From: Longimicrobiales bacterium
GTDB taxonomy: Bacteria > Gemmatimonadota > Gemmatimonadetes > Longimicrobiales > Gaopeijiaceae
DNA length: 64,000 nt
Direction: 5' to 3'
Assembly (NCBI GenBank): GCA_965203485.1
Contig: OZ241892.1
Location: 576,001 to 640,000 of the forward strand
Both the position numbers and the translations under genes were made by a program. The number at the start of each line of letters is the position of its first letter. Position 1 is the stretch's first letter. Positions 38,509 to 46,302 of the stretch are shown in pieces. Under the pieces are notes generated by a model. It worked only from the letters and a program-made list of their open reading frames with translations. It did not search any database and was not told where the DNA came from.

Positions 38509-40160
38509 TTCGCGACTGTCGCCGCCTCAGCGACCGTGATCGCCGAGCCCCCGGACATCTCGCGGTAGTAGCGGACGAAGCGGCGGGTCTCGAAGGCGTC
38601 GTAGGCGGCCAGGGTCTCGGCCCAGCGGTAGCCGATCGGCTGAAAGCGGAGCCGCGCCGTCACGGTGAACGGTCCGTCGAGGCCGTCGATCGCCACCGAG
38701 TAGCGCACTCTGTCGCCTCCGGGGCCGAAGTCGCCGTCGGAGCGGGCCGCGCCCCGGACGGCGGCCCTTTCTCCGGCAACGGCCGCATCGAATCCGTCGG
38801 GGAGCAACCGGTTGTCCTTGGCCCACGCCTCCGCCGACGTCAAGCCGGTCGTCACCCGTCCGGCGCCGTCGGTCATCACCGACTGGTAGACCTGCACTTG
38901 GTTCGGCGACCGAATTTCGGCGTGGTGGGGCTCGTAGGCGGAGCCGTCCTCGTCGTGATCGTCGCCGGCGATGCTGCCGGCGGCGGCCAGAGCGCCCGAC
39001 TCGAAGACGGTCCGGCCGTCGGCGCCGCTCACGAGGACGTGAAGCCACGCCCGCCGAGACGGATAGCCGGTCGGGAACTTGTGCCCTGCGTGGTTTCGCA
39101 CCTCGATGTCGAAGGCCAGCCGACTGGGCCGCTCTTCGTCGGCCTGCACGCGCGCATTTGTCACCGCCAAGCTTGCGGTGGCGGTGCGCAGGTGGTCCTC
39201 GGTGCGAAGCGCGGACAGCTCCATCTCGGCGGGAAGCGCGGTCGTTCCCAACTCGGCGCGGTAGCGGTCCAGCATTCGGAGCACGAAGAAGTTGCCGCCT
39301 CTGAAGACGTGCCGGGACACCTGCGGCCGGGCGCGCCCCAGCACCATGGTCACGGGCACGTCCTCCTCCACCTCGGGCATGTGGCAGTCCTGGCAACTCC
39401 GTTCTCCGGCGTAGCCGCTGGCCCGCCATTCCAGGTAGGGGACCTGTTCGGGGAACTCCGGGCCTGCTTCGCCAGCCGGACGAACGGAGTGAGCGAGGAG
39501 GGTGTGGCACGTCGCGCACAGCTCGGACGACTGCACGTGAGCGCCTTCCGTGGGACGAAGCCCCGTGGCCGAGCTCATGATGCCGGCTCCGCCCGAATCG
39601 GGCTCGAAGGGGCCGAAGACGGGCCTGCCCCCGGGGGGCGCGGAGTGGTCGACGACGAATCCGCCGGAGAAGCTCTCGTCCGTGCCCAGGCCGTCGGGCG
39701 CCACGCGGTGGCAGACGGTGCACGACACGCCGTCGGCCGCCAGCGCGGCGAGCTCGCCGGCGCTCCCCGCGGGCAGGTGGGCGAAAACTTCGCCCGCGCG
39801 CCCCTCGACTTCGGCGGCGGCGTTGGCCATCGGCATGTGGCAGCGCGAGCACTGGGCCTCGATCTCGGACGCCGCCTCCGGGTGGTCCATGATCTCGCGC
39901 CGGACGGCGGCCTGCCAATAGGGGTCGCGGGCGCTGTTGGCCATCATCGACGCGCGCCAGTCGTGGCCGATCGACGCCCCCGCGCCGTCGCGGGTGGTCA
40001 CGCCCTGGTGGCAGGCGATGCAGCGGTCGGCCGTCGCGAACGCCGTCGCGTCCTGGGCGGAAACGCGGCCGGCCAGGCCCAGCCAGGCCAGAAGGCTGCT
40101 ACCGAAGAGAACGAGCCGGGGGAGCGGGGCAGGGGCGGCGCGCGTCACGATGGCTACCAT
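38505..40160 (-). CDS. Exported multiheme c-type cytochrome (5 CxxCH)
   Basis: Signal peptide (VSA-Q); CIACH, CSRCH, CTVCH, CATCH, CQDCH; then HVFRGGN, GHKFPTGYPSRR and a beta-rich C-terminal domain. Confidence 0.92.
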   Translation of the reverse strand: MVAIVTRAAPAPLPRLVLFGSSLLAWLGLAGRVSAQDATAFATADRCIACHQGVTTRDGAGASIGHDWRASMMANSARDPYWQAAVRREIMDHPEAASEIEAQCSRCHMPMANAAAEVEGRAGEVFAHLPAGSAGELAALAADGVSCTVCHRVAPDGLGTDESFSGGFVVDHSAPPGGRPVFGPFEPDSGGAGIMSSATGLRPTEGAHVQSSELCATCHTLLAHSVRPAGEAGPEFPEQVPYLEWRASGYAGERSCQDCHMPEVEEDVPVTMVLGRARPQVSRHVFRGGNFFVLRMLDRYRAELGTTALPAEMELSALRTEDHLRTATASLAVTNARVQADEERPSRLAFDIEVRNHAGHKFPTGYPSRRAWLHVLVSGADGRTVFESGALAAAGSIAGDDHDEDGSAYEPHHAEIRSPNQVQVYQSVMTDGAGRVTTGLTSAEAWAKDNRLLPDGFDAAVAGERAAVRGAARSDGDFGPGGDRVRYSVAIDGLDGPFTVTARLRFQPIGYRWAETLAAYDAFETRRFVRYYREMSGGSAITVAEAATVAK

Positions 40161-41335
40161 CCCTCCCAGAAGCCGCCGTCGAACCAGTCCAGGAGCACGT
40201 AGCTCACGAAGCGCGCGCGGCGTCCCTCTCGGGCCGTCACGGGGACCAGCAAGCCGACGTTGGCCAGCACGTGCTGGCGAGTGTTCAGGGCGATCTGCAA
40301 CTGGGGGACCACGTCGGCGCTGGTATTGGCGTCGCGCGACCCCAAGACGCGGTTCGCCACCAGCTCCACCATCGGCGTCCAGGACCGCCCCCACTTGCCG
40401 CTGGAGAGACTGCGCCCCAAGACGATGCGGCCGTGGGCGCGCGCGCTTCCCCCGTCGTGCGCCGGCACGCGGGCCCCGGCTTGAGCCTGAAGGAACGAGT
40501 CCCCGCCCATCAGCTGCCCGAAGAGCAGGAAGGCGCCGATCGACGCGCCGCGTGATTCCGTGGCCGCGGGCTCGTCGCTTGCCGGGAAGTGCAGGTCGCC
40601 CGACACGGACACGATCGAGCCCGACTCCAGGCTGTGGAACACGGCGTGCTTGACCGCGACTTCCACTTCGCCCAGCCCAGCTCGCCCCCCGCCCGCTTCC
40701 CGCTTCCACTCGTAGGGAATCGCGATCTCCCAATGGCTCCTCGGGCCGAACCGCTGTTCGTAGACGAACTCCGCCGCGGCCGGTCCTGCTCCGTCCGCGG
40801 GAAGGCTGGCCGACACCACCCATTCGTCCTCCGGGTACGCCTTGCTGGTGACCAGCGGGCGGGGCAGGTTGAGTTCGCCCCGGGGCCAGTTGGCGTCGGT
40901 GCACATCGCGCGTACGTAGTCCATGACCCGCTGGAGTTGCTCCGGCGTGAGCGCGCCCCTGAAGGCGGGCATCATCTCGCTGAACCCGCGGACCGGTCCT
41001 CCCTCGTGGGCCACGGCGATCCAGTCGGCGTCGGGCTCCCGCGCGGCGAAGTCGCAGTCGGTGAAGTCGGGAACCTCCTCCTCGAACGCGAGAAGAGCCG
41101 GATCGGCGCCGCGCCCGTCCGCCCCGTGGCAGTTGGCGCACGACGCCTGGTAGAGGATCTCTCCGGAGGCCGACGAGAGGTCGTCCGGCAATTGGGCTTG
41201 AAGAGCCGGTTGCGAAAGGAAGGTGACGAAGACGAGCAACGACGGCGTGGAGAGCTGTGAAGCCGACCCTGGCGCGCGGGCCGACTGGGCGGAGATCGCC
41301 GCGGCCGGGTCGCCCGCGCTTTCCGACGGGCTCAC
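40154..41335 (-). CDS. Monoheme cytochrome c fused to a probable outer-membrane beta-barrel
   Basis: GEILYQASCANCHGADGRG...MMPAF..ALT.EQ...V.DYVR (class I cytochrome c with Met ligand), then about 240 aa of amphipathic strands ending DWFDGGFWEGW; start approximate. Confidence 0.8.
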   Translation of the reverse strand: MSPSESAGDPAAAISAQSARAPGSASQLSTPSLLVFVTFLSQPALQAQLPDDLSSASGEILYQASCANCHGADGRGADPALLAFEEEVPDFTDCDFAAREPDADWIAVAHEGGPVRGFSEMMPAFRGALTPEQLQRVMDYVRAMCTDANWPRGELNLPRPLVTSKAYPEDEWVVSASLPADGAGPAAAEFVYEQRFGPRSHWEIAIPYEWKREAGGGRAGLGEVEVAVKHAVFHSLESGSIVSVSGDLHFPASDEPAATESRGASIGAFLLFGQLMGGDSFLQAQAGARVPAHDGGSARAHGRIVLGRSLSSGKWGRSWTPMVELVANRVLGSRDANTSADVVPQLQIALNTRQHVLANVGLLVPVTAREGRRARFVSYVLLDWFDGGFWEGW

Positions 41336-41563
41336 TTCCCTGGAGTCGAAGGGGTCGTCGTCATCGTCAATTGCTTGACCGCGGAAGGCCGAGCGACCGC
41401 AACGTCTCGTTGCGAGGCCGCCTTGCTGATGTCCTCGGTTCTTGACAGCAGAAGGTAGCCGCTCCCTTCGCGAGCTGCAAAGCAGCGCCGGACCGTGCAC
41501 GAAGAAACGTCCCAGGTGCGGATGGAAGAAATGCCGAATCGGCCATGATCGGCAATCCATGCC

Positions 41564-42190
41564 ATGTTCTGCATGTCGTACCATGTCGAGCTCATCACGC
41601 CGCAAGGCGTCAGTCGTGGTACGATCGGCGTCGGTGACATGTCGGCGAACGAAGGGAAAGGCGTTCCTGCCGTTCGCGCGATTGCCGAGGGATCGGGGCC
41701 CGCCCGCGTCCATCCACTCATGTTGCATGTGCGTCCGGTATGCGACGGCGTGGCACAGGCCAGGGAGGACGTGGGCTGGATGCTGGAGGCCGGCGTTGCG
41801 GGCATCGTCTTCCCGCGTGTCGAGTCGGCGACGAACGCGGCGGTTGCGGTGCCGGTCATGGGCGAGGCGTCCTGGCCGGTCCTCCCGAACATGTTGATGG
41901 CGGAGGCCCGGGCCGGGGTGGAGCGGGTGGGAGAGACGGCGAACACGGCGGGCGCCAGCGCGCCTTCTGTCGGGCCGGGCGACCTCCGTCACCCCACTCC
42001 CCGGACGCGGCGGCCGTCGCAGACGCTGTTGAAGGTGCTCCGGCCCTGCGGGGACCATGGCGCGGCCTGCGGAATCATCGCCGGAGGCGACGACATCGAA
42101 GACCGGATTGCCCAAGGCTGTTGCGTCTTCGTCGTGGGCGATCCGGCCGCAGTCGTGGACATGCGCGGCTGGGGACCAGGAACTGAAGGC
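41564..42190 (+). pseudogene. Degenerate HpcH/HpaI aldolase-family gene
   Basis: Recognisable fragments MLEAGVAGIVFPRVES, VGPGDL, CGIIAGGDDIEDRIAQG; no convincing start, eroded motifs, read-through 3' end. Confidence 0.45.
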
Positions 42191-42275
42191 CATCGAGTCC
42201 GTGACGGCAATCTAGGTGATGGCGTTACCTTCTGTGCGCGCCCCTCTTCCCTACCTTCGTCGTCGCGATTCCCGA

Positions 42276-42809
42276 ATGCGACCTCCCCTGCCGATCCACA
42301 GCATGTCGGACCGACATCCCGGCCTCACGCCGGAGCTTGCAGCCCATTACACCCAGGCCGCTGAAGTGTGCCTCGACCGCCACCACGTTCCGCCGGTGGA
42401 CTTCGATATCCAGGACTCCTCCGAGCGACATGTCGCCAGCCTGGCCTGGGTCCCCACCGACAAGAGAACTCGAGTCGCTTGGGCCAACGCGATCGATACC
42501 ACGGAGGCAGGCGCTTACGCATGCGCCCTGGCCGCCGTCGAACTCCGTCACGGTCTTGTAGCGGTGAGCCGTGCGGAAACGGGCACGGGAGCGGATTTCT
42601 ATGTTGATCGTCCTGGAGCATCAGCTTCCGATCTTGATCATCGAGTTCGCGTAGAGATATCGGGCACTGATCGAGGCTCCTCGGCCATGGCCAAGCGGCG
42701 ACTCAGGGCCAAGCTCGGTCAAGCAACCGCTGGTGACAGCTCCCTGCCGGCGATCGCCGCAGTAGTGGCGTTTCGAGTGCGCCAAATACTCATCGGAGAA
42801 TCGGGGCGC
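42276..42809 (+). CDS. Uncharacterised protein, possible PD-(D/E)xK-like fold; last 4 codons displaced by IS3
   Basis: TTEAGAYACAL...GTGADFYV...RVEISG; removing the IS restores ...IGESGRHDVA* with stop at 44171-44173; currently reads into the IS to a stop at 42962. Confidence 0.7.
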
Positions 42810-42867
42810 TGGAGTTGCCCCGGCATGGTGGACACGTTCAATCTTTCGGGACGAGGAGGAGTCCACG

Positions 42868-43182
42868 ATGCCGAAGAAACGCAAGCAGTACCCGCTGGAG
42901 TACCGGCGGCGAATGGTGGATCTGGCGCGTTCGGGCCGGTCGCCGGAGGCGCTGGCGCGTGAGTTCGAGCCGTCGGCGCCGACGATCCGCAACTGGGTCG
43001 AGCAGGCCGATCTCGACGAGGGCCGTCGCGACGACGGGACGACGACGCGCGAGCGGGACGAGTTGCGCCGCCTGAAGCGGGAGAACAAGCAGTTGCGCCT
43101 CGAGCGCGACATTCTAAAAAAAGCCGCGGCCTGGTTCGCTCGGGAGAGCGGCTCGATTCCCGGAGAGGGTTCGAGTTCGTGA
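42868..43182 (+). CDS. IS3 transposase OrfA (HTH)
   Basis: QYPLEYRRRMVDL..SGRS...LAREF...TIRNWV, ELRRLKRENKQLRLERDILKKAAAWFA; A7G slippery site at 43116-43123. Confidence 0.95.
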   Translation: MPKKRKQYPLEYRRRMVDLARSGRSPEALAREFEPSAPTIRNWVEQADLDEGRRDDGTTTRERDELRRLKRENKQLRLERDILKKAAAWFARESGSIPGEGSSS

Positions 43183-44027
43183 AAGCGCACCGGGCCGTGT
43201 TTCCCGTGCGCGCGATGTGCCGCGTCCTCGGTCTCTCCCCGAGCGGCTTCTATGCATGGCTGAAGCGTCCCCGATCGGCGAGCGCGTTGCGCGACGACGC
43301 GTTGCGCGTCTTGGTGCGCCGCAGCTGGGAAGCGAGCCGGCGGACGTACGGGCGACCGCGCATCCACGCCGATCTCGCGGCCTGGGGCGAGCGCGTCGGT
43401 CCGAAGCGCGTCGCCCGCCTCATGCGCGAGGAGGGCATCGAAGGCGCGAGCCGCAGGCGCCGCAAGGTGGCGCTGACGGTGCGCGACGCCCACGCGCGCC
43501 CGGCTCCGGACTTGGTCGAGCGCGACTTCAGCGCCGAAGGCCCCGACCAGCTCTGGGTCGCCGACATCACGTACGTGCCGGCCGGGGCCGGATGGCTCTA
43601 CCTGGCGGTCGTCGTCGACGCCTGGAGCCGCCGCGTCGTCGGCTGGGCCATGGAGACGCACCTGCGCGGCGAACTCGTCGAGCGCGCGCTCGCCATGGCC
43701 GTCGAGAACCGCAGTCCAGAGACCGTGATCCATCACTCGGACCAGGGGTCGCAGTACACGTCCTGGGCGTTCGGCGAGCGGTGCAGGAAGGCCGGCGTGC
43801 GTCGCTCGACGGGCTCGGTGGGCGACGCCTACGACAACGCGATGTGCGAGAGCTTCTTCGCCACGTTGGAATGCGAGTTGCTGGACCGTTGCCAGTTCAC
43901 AAGTCCGGCCGAAGCCCGGCGCGCCGTCTTCGCCTTCATCGAAGGCTTCTACAACTCGCGGCGCCGACACTCGGCGCTCGGCTACGAATCCCCCGCCGGC
44001 TTCGAGCGCAAGCGTGCGGTCGCGTAA
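43179..44027 (+). CDS. IS3 transposase OrfB (DDE integrase core), joined to OrfA by -1 frameshift
   Basis: YGRPRI, PDQLWVADITY, YLAVVVDAWSRRVVGW, HHSDQGSQY, DNAMCESFFATLECE, FYNSRRRHSALGY; the -1 frame is open from the A7G site. Confidence 0.97.
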   Translation: MKAHRAVFPVRAMCRVLGLSPSGFYAWLKRPRSASALRDDALRVLVRRSWEASRRTYGRPRIHADLAAWGERVGPKRVARLMREEGIEGASRRRRKVALTVRDAHARPAPDLVERDFSAEGPDQLWVADITYVPAGAGWLYLAVVVDAWSRRVVGWAMETHLRGELVERALAMAVENRSPETVIHHSDQGSQYTSWAFGERCRKAGVRRSTGSVGDAYDNAMCESFFATLECELLDRCQFTSPAEARRAVFAFIEGFYNSRRRHSALGYESPAGFERKRAVA

Positions 44028-44159
44028 AGTGCACCGACCCCCTCGACACGAGACCGTTCGGCGCCCTTGCGCCTCCGTCCTTCCTAAAGTCATGTTTCAC
44101 ATTGCACCATCTGAACCCAAGATCCTTGCCCGTCCACCATACCGGGGCAACTCCACGCC

Positions 44160-45293
44160 ATGACGTGGCTTGAGCATCACCGGAAAAGCGAAGAACTCGC
44201 ATCCGGCGCCGATGTGGCCAGACTAAAGGGCGATACGGAAGAAGCCAAGCGTTTGTACGGAAGAGCAGCCGACGCGGAGGTGCGCGCCATTGAAGTGCTC
44301 GATCCTTCGAAGCGGCGCACTCTTGGGATAACTGCTGTTAGTGCTGTAGCCCTTCACTACAAAGCTGCGAATCTCCTACTAGCGGAGAAAACAGCGTACC
44401 GTCTCCTCAATCTCGACGATCTGCCCGGTTTTGCTCGCATGCAAATTCGCGACTTGCTTCACGCGATATGGGCCGACCAACACGATAAGTCAGAAGTAGA
44501 AGATTTTCTTTCTGATCAAGTCAATGTGGCCATGTTGGGCGACGACATCCTGATGGGCGGCGCTCCGATCGATGTCGTGTTGCGTTGTGTCAGGATAGTG
44601 CAGTCCATGTTGTATCGCGTTACCGAATTCATACAGGGTATCGATCATCGGGCAGCTGGCCAACCCAGCTCGTCAGTTCGTTCGGCTTGCCGTCCCTGGA
44701 TAATGCATGTTCCGACTGCCGATTACCAGTTTGCAGTAACCATCGACGATACCGTTGGCCAGCTGGATCTATTTGGCGACAGCGGTCCCCGCCGAATCGT
44801 CGACAACTTCATTGCCATCTTGCGAGCGAGCGTCGATTCGCCCGAAGAGGAATTGCGTTCGGTTGTTCCGGCCTATGACTATCAACACACCTTTCTTGGT
44901 TTGACGCGCCAGCTGTCTCCTGATGAATCTCATCGTCTCAGCGTATGGTCTCCTCGCCATCCCAAACACATTAGCCTCGACCACTCGACGCGAACACGCA
45001 TCAGGGCCGCGATGAAGAACGCGACCCCGCAACCAACAGGCCCTCAAGCAGTTAAGGGCGTATTGCGAGCGGTCGATCTTGATCGCGGTCGCATTGTGGT
45101 GAGAGATCGACACGGCAAGTACAATGTGGACGGCATCGACGACACTATGGACGATGTAATCGGAACTATGATTAACCGCCAAGTGACCGTAAGCACCGAA
45201 CCAACGTCTGCTTCCAAGTTGCTGTACAAGACAATAGAGGTTTCCGACAACAAGGAAGCTGCTACCGACGAAGAGACGTTGAATCTTTTCTGA
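44160..45293 (+). CDS. Uncharacterised protein (N-terminal helical TPR-like region, C-terminal beta-rich domain)
   Basis: 377-aa ORF with visibly lower GC than its flanks; originally overlapped the 42276 gene; contains QLDLF. Confidence 0.85.
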   Translation: MTWLEHHRKSEELASGADVARLKGDTEEAKRLYGRAADAEVRAIEVLDPSKRRTLGITAVSAVALHYKAANLLLAEKTAYRLLNLDDLPGFARMQIRDLLHAIWADQHDKSEVEDFLSDQVNVAMLGDDILMGGAPIDVVLRCVRIVQSMLYRVTEFIQGIDHRAAGQPSSSVRSACRPWIMHVPTADYQFAVTIDDTVGQLDLFGDSGPRRIVDNFIAILRASVDSPEEELRSVVPAYDYQHTFLGLTRQLSPDESHRLSVWSPRHPKHISLDHSTRTRIRAAMKNATPQPTGPQAVKGVLRAVDLDRGRIVVRDRHGKYNVDGIDDTMDDVIGTMINRQVTVSTEPTSASKLLYKTIEVSDNKEAATDEETLNLF

Positions 45294-45623
45294 TTGTCAA
45301 CTCGGAAAGGCGCGGAGCTGGATGGCGGTTGCAGGGAGGCGATCGGCGACGAGCTAGCACGGTGGTCGGTCATCGATGACTGGTCCTGGCCGGGCAACCC
45401 GGCGTTGTCGAGCGCCACCGGGACCAAGGGAGCCGACAGACGTGAAGCTAAACCCGGCATAGGCGCAGGGCAGACGCAACTAATGCGTCTTGCAACACAT
45501 CATTTGGGCGCGAATGATTGAGGTCGGCAACTCCTCATGGCACCGGACGAAGTGACGACCAAGGCCGGAAGACTCCGGGCCGTCAGGCGTCCATATCGCG
45601 TTCTTTCGGAGCATCGTTGTCGC

Positions 45624-45989
45624 TCAACCGTCCAGCTCCAGCGACAGGCGTCTGAGTGACCGCAAGAGGATGGGAACGTCGTTGTGCACGGCGTGCCATA
45701 CGATGTCGTCGTCTAGGCCGAGATACCCGTGTGCCAGCTGATTGCGCATTCCGATGATGTCCCGCCATGGAACTGGGACGGCGGCTTCGCGAACCGAAGC
45801 AGGGACGTACCGGGCCGCTTCGCCGAGTAGCTCTAGGTTCCGCAAGGTCGCGTCGTACGTGCGCCTGTCGTCGAGGAAGGACTGTTGGTCGGTAATGCTG
45901 GACGTGTAGTACATGATCTTCTCGCAAAAGCCGATCATGTCATTCAGGTAGCATCGCCAATGCCGGGGTGGGTGCTCGTGCTCAGACAC
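45624..45989 (-). CDS. hepT: HepT-like HEPN ribonuclease toxin (DUF86)
   Basis: DATLRNLELLGEAA, PWRDIIGMRNQLAHGY (RX4HXY), DDDIVW. Confidence 0.93.
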   Translation of the reverse strand: MSEHEHPPRHWRCYLNDMIGFCEKIMYYTSSITDQQSFLDDRRTYDATLRNLELLGEAARYVPASVREAAVPVPWRDIIGMRNQLAHGYLGLDDDIVWHAVHNDVPILLRSLRRLSLELDG

Positions 45990-46302
45990 GGATTGCTTCG
46001 GCCTCCACGTATGGGCGGAACTCGGGGCGTAACGCTTTGTCCGTGACGAGGTCCACGCGCCGGCCCAGGAGATCCTCCAGGTATGCCTGGGTTCCGAAGA
46101 ACCATCGTGGCGTCGCCGGGGCGTTGAACCAGACGAGGATGTCGACGTCGCTGTCCTCGTTGGCTTGGTCGCGACCGAAGGATCCGAAGAGGGCAAGGTC
46201 CTCGACGCGGAATCGGCGAGCCAGTTCGGCCTTGTGGGCGCGCAGGACTTCCAAGACGCGTTCCCGGGTCAGCCTGACGTGGATCGCGGACGTGGTGCTC
46301 AC
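45982..46302 (-). CDS. mntA: MntA-like minimal nucleotidyltransferase antitoxin
   Basis: LFGSFGRDQANEDSDVDILV (GSX10DXD), LEDLLGRRVDLVT; coupled to the methyltransferase stop and the hepT start. Confidence 0.93.
   Translation of the reverse strand: MSTTSAIHVRLTRERVLEVLRAHKAELARRFRVEDLALFGSFGRDQANEDSDVDILVWFNAPATPRWFFGTQAYLEDLLGRRVDLVTDKALRPEFRPYVEAEAIRV

Larger units (their letters stand above)
42810..44155 (+). mobile_element. IS3-family insertion sequence (1346 bp), apparently intact
   Basis: IRL TGGAGTTGCCCCGGCATGGTGGAC and IRR reverse complement TGGAGTTGCCCCGGTATGGTGGAC (23/24 match); TG...CA ends; 3-bp target duplication CGC at 42807-42809 and 44156-44158. Confidence 0.97.

Noticed and set aside
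40154..41335. Calling the cytochrome-barrel fusion Cyc2 (iron oxidase)
   Set aside because: Lacks the Cyc2 N-terminal motif and has a full class I cytochrome domain with a shorter barrel; function cannot be assigned from sequence
45472..45490. Hairpin AGACGCA-ACTAA-TGCGTCT between convergent island genes
   Set aside because: Short stem with no U-tract; too weak to call a terminator or attC site
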